Part shown: positions 1 to 13,477 of the stretch, in pieces
Layout of the letters: every line of letters starts with the position of its first letter
How positions within the stretch are numbered: position 1 is the first letter of the stretch
Source: the human T2T-CHM13v2.0 reference genome, Homo sapiens
DNA: 64,000 bases
Strand: one strand, 5' to 3'
Assembly: GCF_009914755.1 (NCBI RefSeq)
Contig: NC_060936.1
Translations under genes and position numbers: made by a program
Notes under the pieces: generated by a model
What the model was told of the DNA's origin: nothing
Databases searched by the model: none
Seen by the model: the letters and a program-made list of their open reading frames with translations, nothing else

Positions 1-214
1 CCACATTATCACTCTTCCCCTTAGCTCTAATTACCGGATATATCATTTCTCTCATTTAATTCCTTTAACTATGTTATAAACTGTGTAGATAGCCATGGTT
101 CATCTCTCATCCATGGCTAAGCCTTAACAAAGGTGTCAAAGTTCAAAATCCTGTAAGAATCAATAAAGCGCTAGAGATATACACTGACTTAATGTTTAAA
201 AAAGCAAGTAACTC

Positions 215-547
<333 letters not shown>

Positions 548-859
548 TTACAGAAAGTATTTCAGAAGAACAGCTATTACAGAAAATTGTCTTCCTCTCT
601 CCTTCCTGACATTCTAGAACACTTACTACCTATGCCGCAAGTTTTTGACACATTTCAGTCTTGTTTTTTATTTGTTTAGTTTAGTTTTGCTTTGTTTTGT
701 TTTGTTTTTGTGACTCTACAAGGTGACCAGATATGCAGAGGCCAATTGTCCTTCTGGTGGCAATGTGCCCGTGCATAGAGAAGGGGAGTCTTTTTCTTTT
801 GCAAAAAGAAAGAAAAGCAGGTCGAAATTAGGGAAGCTGTGCTGTATAGAAAGAAAAGC

Positions 860-1050
860 TCAGAATCTAGATTCAGAAGCCCAGGATTCCCATCCTGGCT
901 CTGCCACTTACTAGCTGATAATCCACTTAATGCTCACTAGGCCTCAGAGGAGAATGGTGCTGTCTGCCTTTTAAGGTGTTTCCAAGAATCAAATGAAAGG
1001 ATGATGAAAGAACGTTGGTAAACTATATTCTGTATATACAGTTGTATTAG
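860..1050. mobile_element. MIR SINE relic
   Basis: MIR core cctggctctgccacttactagctg...ggcctcag... Confidence 0.7.
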
Positions 1051-2329
1051 TAAAATGAAAACACCTTCAAAAAGATTTTAACCCCCTCTTTTCTTTTTTC
1101 ATGAGCCTGATTTTGCAGGAATCTCAGGGATCCTGGACTTGAAAAACTGTTTCCAATTCTGAGCTTTAATGGATATAGGCAACGATTGCAGATAGTTCTT
1201 TACTATTTTAATAACCCGAGAAATCATTGCATTTCCCTCCAGCAGTATCTCTCCTCCTTCTATTTACTCAGTTCTAGGAACTTCCGTTAACGCTTGCTAT
1301 GTAGACAAATAAAAGATCCTACATTTGGGCCATCAGAGTGTAGTAGAGATGTTGGGAGCTAATGGCAGATGGTGACTATTACTGGCGTCTACAAGTTACA
1401 TTAAACTTAGCTTGGTAGTCTGACTAAATAAGGAGGGGGGAATGAATTGTTACCATTTAAAATTGTCCAAGTTAAAGGCCTTTATTTCCAAGTAGTATTT
1501 TAAAATCTTCCCAGATTCTAGTGCTATTGGAATCAAATACTCGATTTAGAAAAGAAACATGAGAAGCTCTAGGGGGGTCTGTTTTTAAGTTACTATTGTT
1601 CCCTGGAACCGTTTGCTCATATTATGGTTGGACATGACGAATCTCTATATAAATAGTAGATATCTATTATTACAGATGAAATTTGTAATGAGAGATCACT
1701 AAACTTCCTGAAAGCATAATCTAGGCTTGTTACTTCTACTTCCCCAGCATGTTACTGAAAATAGCATCTGTATAGCTGTCCTGCCTGTCTTTTGAGATTT
1801 TTTTCTTCCTGAGGATCAAATGAAACAATGATCAAAGAACTTTGGTAAACTATAATCCACATATTGAGTTGTGTTCATAAAATGAAAACATCTTCATGCC
1901 CATGAATAATCTTCAGGCCCCTTGGCCTTCTCACAGTGATCGTCTCCTGTCTTCATAGATCTGCCCATTGATTATAAACACTGCCTCCTTGAAACTCAAG
2001 TGTTATTTCACGGCAGTTATTTTGTATGGGTAGTCTTCCAAATGACTATCCATCCAGCTAGATATAGACATTTAGATATCGGTCATTGTGTATATATATA
2101 TGTTTGTGGTGTATATCTTTTGTTATGACAATGAAGCCACTGTTTTGAAAGTGCCCTACCTCTCTGCCTCCTTTTTCTCCTTAGCATTCCATTCTCCCCC
2201 ACCACCTATAAAATGTAGACATCCCTCATATATTTCCACTTAACTTTATTGTCTCCTTTCTCTATACTTCCTCCATTCACATATTTATGAAGCCACTAAG
2301 AACATAAGAGCAAATACGACTTGCTGTGT

Positions 2330-2930
2330 TTGTTCCATTCATTCATTCAGCAAGCCCCTGCCCTCAGGAAGTTGTCAATTGAGTGGAGGAGACAGATAAT
2401 AAGCAAGGACACAACTGCATATGATATTTGCTAATTGTGACAAGAGCAGTGAATAACACAAACATGGTATAGATAAGGAACAAATAACAAGGAGTGAGAA
2501 GGAGGGAAGGCCTAAGAAGGTGATGTCTAAACTGATGAGAAGGTGGAGGAGGGACTGGGAGCCTGGAGCTGAGATACAGTATTTCAAGCAGGAGAACAGT
2601 GTGAGCAGAGGCCTTAGGTGGGAAGAACGTGATGTGTTTGTGGAGCTGCAAAAAAAATCAGTATGGCTGGAGCAGAGTAAGAGAGAGGGAAGTGAGGTGG
2701 ATGCAGCTGGAGAGGAAGGAAAAGACCAGATCGTGCAGGGCCAGTTAAGCCATGTATGGAATTCAAATAAGAGCAATGGGAAGCCATTGGAGGATTGTGT
2801 GCAGCTAGTGAACCAACAGGATTTATAAACCTAAAAGATTTCTCTGATTTCTGCATGCAAAATAGATTGGGGAATTATGGAAGCCGAAGGACCTGGTAGG
2901 AGGCTACGATAGGTGTCTGGGCGAGAAACT
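2330..2930. mobile_element. L2 LINE relic
   Basis: (ttca)n end plus purine-rich L2-like body (gccctcaggaag..., gagcaatgggaagccattggagg). Confidence 0.6.
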
Positions 2931-2994
2931 CATATAGATGACCCCCAAATCTATGTTTCCAGACCAGATCTCTTTTGCCTTTGATTGCTAGACC

Positions 2995-3400
2995 AATGGT
3001 TCTCAATATATTGTCCCTGGACAGTGGTGCACTGGCACCACCTTGTTATTTATTCTTTATCTAAACTTGTTCTTTATGAGTTGGCTTTTGAGAAATACAA
3101 TTCATGTGCCCCCACCCCAACCTGGTAAATCAGGAACTCTGGGGGTTAAACTCAGAAAACTGCCTTTAACAAGCTCTCCAGGTGATTCTGATGCATGGTA
3201 AAGCTTGAGGACCACTACTCTAGGCTAGTGGTTCTCGAAATCTAGTGACATCAGGATCACCTGTAGTGCTTGTAAAACCACGCATCTCTGGGCCCCATCA
3301 CAGAATTTCAGCAGGCCAGGGATTGGGAGGAGAAAGTCAAGTGGCTTTATAAACCACTTCCAGGTGATGTCAATACTGCTCGTTTAGCTACCACATTTTG
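2995..3400. mobile_element. Two adjacent MER5-type (hAT-Charlie) elements
   Basis: tggttctc...tttaacaagctctccaggtgattctgatgc...gaggaccact termini, seen twice. Confidence 0.65.
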
Positions 3401-3716
3401 AAAATCCCCAACTACTTAAGTGACACCTCCACCAACTATCCATCAATACTTCAAAACTCAACATGTGCAGAACCAGATTCATTCATGTGTCACCTGCCCA
3501 GCCGCCCACAAGCATTTTCTCCTACCTTGCCTGCTTGCCACCAGCATTCTTATTATCCAGACTTGTGCCTGCCCTGTCATTTTCTTCTCTTACCTCCTAT
3601 ATTCAGCCAGTTTTCAAGTCTTAAAGCTCATAATTCCACCTTGTCTTTCCTGTTTGTTCACTCTATTTTGTCACCACCTAGTTCAGGTTCTCATTGTCTC
3701 ATTTGGGTAACTCGTT

Positions 3717-4031
<315 letters not shown>

Positions 4032-5740
4032 TGGGTACCTGTTAAAATCCATTAACAAATCACCTGTCCTAATTCTGTCAACAATTAATGAATTAATCAT
4101 TGTTTCTGGGGATGGAGACCATGAAGGTCTTCAGGTGATCTTATAAATATTAAACAGAGAGAACTACTTCAAAGTATCCCATCCTTGAATATGCATTAGA
4201 ATCGCCTAGCACACTTTTTAAAGCTACTAATGACCAGCGGTTGTCCCCAGAGATTCCGATTTAATGGGTCTCACTGGGAACCCAGACATCTTTTATTTCA
4301 AAGCTGTACAGGTGGGCTGAGAACCACTGGAATATATGAAAGCACCCCAACAGACAAAGGCAGTCAGGGACTCATCAGTTGGTTGAACATAGGGACTAAA
4401 GGGGAGGTCTAAAGATGAGAGATGACTCTGAATAGGGTTATGAAATCGGGTGTCAGGAGCTGGTGAAGGACAAAAACAGGGAATTCAAGGGAAGAACTGA
4501 TTTTGGAGGCAAGAGGATGCCCAGTTCTGGATATACTAAGTGCAAGGAGGCAGCAGGACATCTAAATGGGAATGTCAGTAACGTTGTTGGAATGTAAGTG
4601 TGAAGCATGATGGGTCTGTTCTAGAGATAATGATTGGAGAGTGGTTTACAAAGAGGTGATGGTTGAAGGTGCTGGGTGGATGAGAACCCTGAGAGAGAAA
4701 CTTGAGAGAGGCTCTGTGTTTCCCAGTGTAGTTTTTCAATCTACAATAAAATCACTGGAGCTGCTTATTAAAAATGCAGATTTCCAAGTCCTTCTCCCAG
4801 AATGTCTGGTTCCCTGGGTCAGGATTGGGGCCTTGGGGATCTGAATTTTTATGGCTTCTAAAGTGATGGCAATGCACACTAAAATTTGAGTACCACTAAG
4901 CAGAGCAGAAAAAAAGAAAAGGTGTGAGGACAGAAACTTGAGGAACATCTATGGTTGAGCAATGAAGACTAAAAGAGAGCCTAGCAAAAGGAAGAAGAGA
5001 TGACCAGTCATAGTGGTAAGAGTAGTAAGATTGTGCTGAATCTGAAAGGCAGTGAGAGGAGTTTAAATAAAAAGCAATGGGCAATGGTTTTCTGATAGCC
5101 AATGCCTCAAGTGATACAGCCATTGTGTCCCTGCATTTTCCTGTTTTAGGTCAGGGTTGCTCCTGACCAACCTAAGCTTAAGACCAGCCTTCCTTTAACC
5201 AGAGTAATAATTAAAAACCCCCAATTTGGGGTCAAAATGCTATATTTGAACCAAACTTTCTTCTGTGAACTTTTCTACATAGTGTGAGCAAATAACCTCC
5301 CTTTGGCCCATTCTGCCATCTGTAAATGGAGATGATGCCAATTGTTTAATGTGATTGTTATAAACAAATAGCATCATGCCCATAAAGTACTGAATATTGT
5401 GCCCTAGCATTTATGGACTGTTTGATAAATGGTAGCTACTATTTATATGTCCAAAAGCACTATATGTGGCATATTGAAAGTGCTTTAAGAAATTGCTGAA
5501 TTTAAGTTTGATATGTAACAAAGAAGGAATATTCCTCAGCTGTTTCTAGTCTGGTTTTGTGACTAGCTATCTTGGAATAGTTATGCCAGATCTGAAGCAA
5601 CTGAGGCAGTATGGCCAGCTGCCTTTGGAAACAAGATCAAACGATCAATAAATATCAGTTGAGCTCCATACTCTGTGCATGCAATAAGACTCTTGAGCTT
5701 AGGAGTCTATAATCAGACTACTTATAAAAGGGTACCAAAT

Positions 5741-5870
5741 GAGCTAGGCAGAGTGGTGCGTACCTGTAGTCCCAGCTACCAGAGAGGCTGAGTTGGGAGG
5801 ATGGATCACTTAAGCCCAGGATCTTAAAAAACAACAACAACAACAAAAACAAACAAACAAACAAAAATAA
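5741..5870 (+). mobile_element. Alu monomer fragment with (caa)n tail
   Basis: cctgtagtcccagctac...ggatcacttaagcccagg. Confidence 0.75.
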
Positions 5871-6028
5871 CACCTTTAAAAGAAAGGGTAGAGGGTAGAA
5901 AATCAACCATTATAGGCTACATTGTATAGAATGTATCTTATAGGAGAGCTGTTAACCGAGATGGTTAAGGAAGATTCCATAAAGGAATTAAAATTGAACT
6001 TCCTTAGTCTGGTTAAAGAAACCACAGG

Positions 6029-6334
6029 GGCAGGGCACGGTGGCTCACGCCTGTAATCCCAGCACTTTGGGAGGCCGAGGCGGGTGGATCACGAGGTCAG
6101 GAGATCGAGACCATCCTGGCTAACACAGCGAAACCCCGTATCTACTAAAAACATAAAAAATTAGCCGGGCGTGGTGGCGGGCGCCTGTAGTCCCAGCTAC
6201 TCAGGAGGCTGAGGCAGGAGAATGGCGTGAACCCGGCAGGCGGAGCTTACAGTGAGCCGAGATCGCGCCACTGCACTCCAGCCCGGGCGAAAGAGCAAGA
6301 CTCCCTCTCAAAAAAAAAAAAAAGAAAGAAAAAA
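6029..6334 (+). mobile_element. AluY, CpG-rich
   Basis: Diagnostic gagatcgagaccatcctggctaac and gagaatggcgtgaacccgg; TSD aaagaaaccacagg. Confidence 0.93.
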
Positions 6335-9300
6335 AGAAACCACAGGGCCCTATGCACATTAAAGTATCTCCTTATTGACTTGAAAGAGTTCATTTACTCA
6401 GTCCAGTGGTCTTAGTCCTTAACAATTCTTAGCCCATGAACCTTGAAATCTGAATGTTTTTATTATATCAAATAATGAAAGCAAAATGCACAGCTCATGA
6501 ATACACAGTTTAAGAAAGAAAGCTTTTTGGCTGGATTTGACAAATTGGATATGCTTAACACAATGACGGCATCACTTGAGGCATTGGCTAGAACAATGGA
6601 AGGGGGTAGATACAGTTTTTGAAAATTGCAATTTTTCAAGGAGTATTAGGAAAGATATTTTTTCTCAAATGGGGAGAAAATTAGTTGATGAAATGTCATG
6701 ATTCTTATATCCAAGGCACTAAATTGGCTTCTGCAAATCTTACCAAAGATGAACACAAGAAGGTTAAGCTCTTACGTATCTGGTCCCATCTGACCAGCAG
6801 GGGCACCTTGTAAAAGAAAACCTACCATGGTGGGCTCAGTCAATTGCTGCTGTCATGCATTACTGCAAGTTGAGGCAAATTACATCTTACTATAAGTTTC
6901 ATCATATTTCTAATTCTTGATATGACTCAGATACTTGGCTCCTGTATTGATAAACCAAAGCCAAACCTATAAATGTAGTTGGCCCTAAAAGCAACAAAAG
7001 CAAATTAATTAATTGAATTGAATCATGAATATCAATTTTAATAGACTATTATACTGGTTTCATCACTTATGTATCTTTTGAGAGTCACTAATTATATTAT
7101 CATAGTTTTGGCTAACTTTATTTAGGACAATATTTTTCCAAATGAGAATATTTTGATACTTTATAAAAGAATAAAAGACTTTTCAGAAATTTTACATTTA
7201 AATGATAGTTTAACAGCAGTTAATTGTTCAGGTAAATTACAACTCCAAAGAGTGGGAAAATTCAGAAATAGTCACAGAACTGCTGAAATCAATATTGGAA
7301 AATCACAGAGAAGGAAAACAGTACCAGAAAACTGGAAATAGGCAAATATCATCCAGATTTTTAGAATGGAAAAAGAGGGAAAACTATTACCATTAAGCCT
7401 GATAGCCCTCATCAAATTTCTAGAAGAAATTAATTTAACATTTATAGACTGTATGCCCTCTCACTCTCGTGTGCTTTGTAAAAGTTAGAAAATAAAGCGG
7501 CAATTTCTAGGAGCCAGCATGAATTTACTAAGTAGTCTGATGAAATGTTTTCTTTTAAATCACAAGAATTATCATGTTCAAGTTCATTCTACTCCAATTA
7601 TTTAAGTAGCACTGCTATTACATGGCTTCCATGCTCCATAAGAAGACTAGACTACATTTAAATAAATAAGGAAAGCAACAATGTTTTTCACTTTCCATAA
7701 AACCTTTTGGAGCTTTGGTGTCTTCATCTACAAAATGTGGACAATAATAATCCCTGACCTATCTCTATGATATAAATTATGAGAGAGTGCTTTTTACAAT
7801 GTTAATGACATGTTATAATAAAGTAATCTTACAATAAACAAGAAGAAAAAGGGAGGAAAAGGAGAATGAGGGAGGAAAAAATAACAGTAGGAAATGCAAG
7901 TGTAATTTTTTTTTAAATTTGAGCGTAGAAAAAGACCTTCATGAAAGAACTGTTTCATTTTTTTTAATTTAAGGGAAATAAGGCCCAGGAAAGTTAAGTA
8001 ACTTGTGTTGTCTCACAGCAAGTTAATGGTGAGAAGAAAGAAAATCAAAAAGGGAAAGAAAAAAATAACTAAATTAGAACTCAAGAAGAAATTTGTGCAA
8101 GAACTGACCCAGGAGGTCTGGTAGATCTAGCCAGGCCCCCTCGCTTAACTCTGAAAATGCTACTCAGCCAAGTGGACCCCTGTCGGACCATGGTTTCCTG
8201 CACAATAATTTCCCAAGGGTCTCAAATGCAAGGTCAAATGCCCGCTTCCATCCTCAGTACTCCCCAGATCTTGTACACATACCTCTCCCTATGTTTAGAG
8301 AGGAAAAATTAGACCTATATACAATTGCTTTGCTCTCATACTCCATTTTGAAAAGGAAGCTACAAAATATAAAATAAAATCTTTTATATTACTTTAAAGA
8401 TTCAAATTACTTTAACAATTCAAAGAAAATTGTACATTCTCCAAAATACTGTAGATGGTTTTTACAGCACCAAAACATCTACCTGTTTGATTTATCGAAA
8501 AAGGAATGTGTCTATTTTCTCTTGTAACTTAATGGGTTTTTTCTTTTAATAGCAATTAAGTCAGTAAAACTAACAATGGTGGGACAATATGAGTCACATT
8601 TGGAGCAATTATTTAAGGGATAAAAACTTTTTAAAATATTTTATGTAGAAAGACAAGTTTTTTTTAATCGAGTTACATCTTGTTACAGAAGTGAAGATAA
8701 TGAAAGGGACATTGCCATGAAATAATAATTTTAGAAACAGCATTAAAAAAAAAAAAAAACTTCTGACCAAATGTTATGTTGCTCTCTAGGGTTGGAAAAT
8801 AGTTGTTTAGCAAACTGTTGTAGTTCAAATCATCACAACAAAGGTGTGTGTGTTTCTTACTATTTGTGTATTGTGAACACATTTGAAAGCCTGTTTTATT
8901 CCTATGTTTGTATGCATTTCGGTTTCAAAAGTACTAAAGCCACCCCACATGGTAAAGAAATAAAAGGGGAATGATTTCCTTAAATTGTTGTTTTTGTCAA
9001 TGAGACAGATCTGCCACTAGCCCAGCAAACAGCCAATAGCAGATCATAAATTCCTTTGCTTTGAGACAGACTGCCCTGATAACACAGGTCAGTGGTTCCA
9101 CAGGTTAGTTCTGAATACAGACTCAGGGGACTGAAAGTCCCTGCCCAAAAAAGAAAACCAATTTGTGTGAAGTGAGTTTCAGGAAATGTAACAGAAAGGC
9201 ATTCATCCTAACAATAATTTAAACTAATTTAAAAAAATAAAGTTTTTACTTTCTCCTCTTCATTTCCAAAGTCACTGTTTCAAAAACCATCCAGCTACTT

Positions 9301-9831
9301 GATGATACTGTCACAGCAGTGAGAGCTGATAAACACCTAGTTGAAGGCTATGTTTTAGAGCTCACAAATGCACTGTTGAAGTCCTGACTGTGACCAGTAT
9401 AGTTAGGGACATTTTGACCAAAATAGCAGTTATGAGTCAGTTGAGTCTGATCAATTAAGCTGTCTATCATGGTCAACCAAACCTGAATCTGTCTTAATTC
9501 AAAAAGCAACTTTTTTGTATCACATCATGCCCATTTCATTTGCTTCAGTATTATACATTATACATCGCATTTTGGATAACTAATCAAATGCATGTGGATT
9601 ATACATAATGTAACCATAAGTATAAAACGTTGCTCCTCTTTGACTGCCTACATTCCACCTCGACCCTAGTGGCTCATCAGCTTGGACTTTTCTTCCACAC
9701 CAAATCCCACCACTTCATGCCACCTCTGCCACTGCTACACTATCCCACCATCTCCCATCTGGAGACTTTAGTCCCTCCTGCGCTTCCACTCTTGACCCCC
9801 TGGTCTATTCTCCCCTTTAAAAGGGTCCCAT

Positions 9832-10742
9832 TGAAAATTTTGGCAAACTATGCATCTAACAAAGATCTAATATCCAGCATCTATAAGAAACTTAAACAAA
9901 TTTACAAGAAAAAAACAAAAAATTAAAAAGTGAGCAAACAGACACTTTTCAAAAGAAGACATACATGCAGCCAACAAGTATATGAAAAAAAAGCTCAGCA
10001 TTACTGATCATTAGAGAAATGCAAATCAAAACCACAATGAGATACCATCTCACACCAGTCAGAATGCCTGTAATTAAAAAGTCAAAACATAACAGTTGCT
10101 GGCAAGATCGTGGAGAAAAAGGAATGCTTATACACAGTTGGTGGGAGTGAAAATTAGCGCAACCATTGTGAAGACAGTGTGGCTATTCCTCAAAGACCTA
10201 AAAACAGAACTACCATTCGACCCAGCAATACATTACTGGGTATATACCCAAAGGAATATAAATCATTCTATTATAAAGACACATGAATGCATATGCTCAT
10301 TGCAGCACGATTCGCAATACCAAAGACATGAAATCAACCTAAATCCCCATCAGAGGTAGACTGGATAAAGAAAATGTGGTACATACACACCATGGAATAT
10401 TATTCAGCCATAAAAAAGAACAAGATCATGTCCTTTGCAGAAACATGGATGGAGGCCATTATCCTTAGTGAACTAACACAGGAACAGAAAACCAGGTACC
10501 ACATAGTCTTATAAGTGGGAGCTAAATGATGAGAACACATGGACACATAGAGAAAAACAACACACACTGGGGCCTATCAGAGGATGGGAGGAGGCAAAGG
10601 ATCCGGAAAAATAACTAATGGGTACTAGGCTTGATACCTGGGTGATGAAATAATCTGTACAACAAACCCCCATTACACAAGTTTACCTATGTAACAAACC
10701 TGCATATGTACCCTGGACTTAAAAGTTAAATAAATATATAAC
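9832..10742 (+). mobile_element. L1 3' fragment (older L1PA type), inserted into an L2
   Basis: ORF2 C-terminal relic plus 3' UTR; TSD aaaagggtcccat at 9819-9831 and 10743-10755. Confidence 0.92.
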
Positions 10743-11259
10743 AAAAGGGTCCCATCAGAAGGACATTTCTAAAACACAGATCTGATCACATTACTCTCTG
10801 ATCTGAAGTCCTTCCAAAGACCTTTATGGGATGGGCCTGGACACCTCTCCAACCTTACCTCCTGCCATCCTCCTCCTGTTATTCCACTCCAGCCATGCTC
10901 GCCTCCTTGCAACTTCTGGACCACACCAGGCACTCTCTACCTCAGGAATTTTGTCCTACTGTTGTCTTTATATCGATACCTGCATGGTGCAGGCATCTGC
11001 TGAAATGCCTACTCAGCAGAGATTTTTCTGACCATCTTATCTGAAATAATAGCACGTCACCGCCACAACCACCACCCATTGCTCTCTATCCCTTTGCCTT
11101 GATTTTGCTTTTTTCAGAGCATTTTTCATGTTATATTATTCACTTGAGTTTTTATTTAATGACTATCTTGTCACATTAGAATACCAGCTCCATGAGGTCA
11201 GGGGCTTTATCCTGGTATTCACTGCTGTATCACTGTCACCTAAAGTGGTACTAACACAA

Positions 11260-11612
11260 AGCCGGGCACGGTGGCTCATGCCTGTAATCCTAACACTTTG
11301 GGAGGCTGAGGCGGTGAATCGCTTGAGTTCAGGAATTTGAGACCAGCCTGGACAACATGGTGAAACCCTGTCTCTACCAAAAAAAACAAAAAACAAAAAA
11401 CAAAAAAAACCACAAAAATTAGCCAGGCATGGTGTCATGTGCCTGTAGTCCCAGCTACTTGTGGGGCTGAGGCAGGAAGATTGCTTGAGCTTGGGAGGCA
11501 AGGTTGCAGTGAGCCAAGCTTGAGCCACTACACTGTAGCCTGGGTGACAGAGTGAGACCCTGTTTCAAAAAAATAATAATAATAAATAAATATAAAAAAT
11601 AATAATAATAAT
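11260..11612 (+). mobile_element. AluJ-type SINE
   Basis: Dimeric Alu with (aat)n tail; degenerate TSD aaagtgg(t/c)ac(t/c)a(a/g)caca. Confidence 0.92.
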
Positions 11613-11677
11613 AAAGTGGCACCAGCACAGAGCAGGCCCTCAATAAATACCATGGGATATTAAAAAAATAGCTTCAG

Positions 11678-12735
11678 ATGTGGAGGAATTATAACCCTGG
11701 TGCATTATTAGTGGGAATATATAAAAGTGTAATCATTTTTCCAATGGTTATGCATAGAACCACCATTTGACCCAAGAATTCCACTACTAGATATATACCC
11801 AAAGGAATGGAATCCAGGGACTTGAACAGATATTTGTACACTAATATTCATAGCATCACTGTTCACAAGAGCCAAAAGATGGAAAAACACAACTTTCAAT
11901 TAACAGATGAAGGGATAAACAAAATGCAGTATATACCTACAATGGTACATTATTCTATCACAAAAAGGAAAGCAATTTTGATATATGGTGTAACATGGTT
12001 GGACACTGAAAATATTATGCTTAGTGAAATAAGTCAGATACAAAAAGAAAACATTATATGATTCCACTAATATGAGATACCTAGAAAAAGCAAGTTCATA
12101 GACAGAGGATGTAGAATAGAAATTACCAGGGGCTGGAAATAAGGGGAATGGAGGGATATTGCTAATCAGGTATGGAGATTTTGTTGGGGATAATCAAAAA
12201 TTTGGGTATAGATAGTGGTGATGGTTAGACTACATTGTGAATACATATAATGCTACTGAATCAGAATACTACGCAGCCATAAAAAAGGATGAGTTTATGT
12301 CCTTTGCAGGGACATAGATGAAACTGGAAACCATCATTCTCAGCAAAGTAACACAAGAAGAGAAAATCAAACAACGCATGTTCTCACTCATAAGTGGGAG
12401 TTGAACAGTGAGAACAGATGGACACAGGGAGGGGAACATCACACACCGGGGCCTGTCGGGGAATGGGGGACGGGGGGAGGGATAGCATTAGGAGAAATAC
12501 CTAATGTAAATAACGAGTTGATGAGTGCAGCAAACCAACACAGCACATGTATACCTGTGTAACAAACCTGCACATTGTGCACATGTACCCCAGAACTTAA
12601 AGTATAATAAAAAAGAAAAATCTCTAGACAGGCAGGCTAGTGTGGGAGGAAAATTTTAAAAATGCTACTGAATCTACACATACAAATGTTTAAAATAGTA
12701 AATATTGTTTCACGTATATTTTACCACAGTAAAAA
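11678..12735 (+). mobile_element. Old L1M 3' fragment interrupted by a younger L1PA
   Basis: ORF2-end relic (ORF 11807..12061) and L1M-type 3' UTR that resumes after 12674. Confidence 0.8.
12263..12620 (+). mobile_element. L1PA 3' end nested in the L1M
   Basis: Typical L1PA 3' UTR with G-rich tract and ...cttaaagtataataaaaaa; TSD aatgctactgaatc at 12249-12262 and 12661-12674. Confidence 0.92.
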
Positions 12736-12831
12736 TATGCATAGCCAAGACCAGAAAAAAAGATAGCTTGAAAGAATAACATTTCTTCCCAACTTACACT
12801 GACTTTTAGGAAAACAGCAACATGCGATGTC

Positions 12832-13477
12832 TGTGATAGTTCAGGTGCACCAATTGCAAGCTAACAATAGGAAGACGAAAGGGAAATAAAGCAGAGAGAC
12901 AGAGAATATTGTAGATTGAAACAGCTTTGCAAACATGGTGCATTGGGGACAATATCTAGGCAAGTATGATACCATACCTTTCTCTCCTGCAGTGGAGGTT
13001 TACCAGCCCAGACAGCTAAATAATCCTTCAATCCTTGACTTTCAGAGGAAACCGCGGGGGTCCATCCTGATTCGATTATTCATCCAAAACAGACTTCAGG
13101 GCTTTGGGACAGCTCAGTTCCACAGGGTCATCCAGCAGCCTGGGTTCCTTCTGGTTTTTTGTTGTTCTTGTTTTGCCTTCTGTGGAAGGTTCTCCAAACC
13201 AGAATTGTTGATGTTGTCTCACCAGTACCACTTCTGCAGGAAGGGGAAATTGAAGAAATTAAGAACAAGCAATGTCTTTTTAAGGAGGTGATACAGGTGT
13301 TTCACATATCACTTTTGATCACAGTTGAGTTTAGTCACTTAATCAGGTTTAGATGCAAGGAAGACTGGAAAATCGGACTGTAGCTGGGTGGCCATGTAAT
13401 CTGCTAAAATTCTGGGTCGGGAAATTATTCTACAAGGGGAGAATGGATACTGGGGGACAGTCAGTAGTCTCTACTCA
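12832..13477 (-). mobile_element. MLT1-type (MaLR) LTR relic
   Basis: tgcaaggaagactggaaa...tagctgggtggccatgt...ggagaatggatactgggggaca...agtctct motif of old MLT1 LTRs. Confidence 0.55.

Noticed and set aside
655-730. T-rich (gttt)n tract followed by aag|gtgacc, a possible recursive site
   Set aside because: Poor donor and non-YAG acceptor; far weaker than the site at 36079-36089.
2364-2856. Cluster of overlapping 80-133 aa ORFs
   Set aside because: Falls in a purine/pyrimidine-skewed L2 relic; no recognisable protein or splice context.
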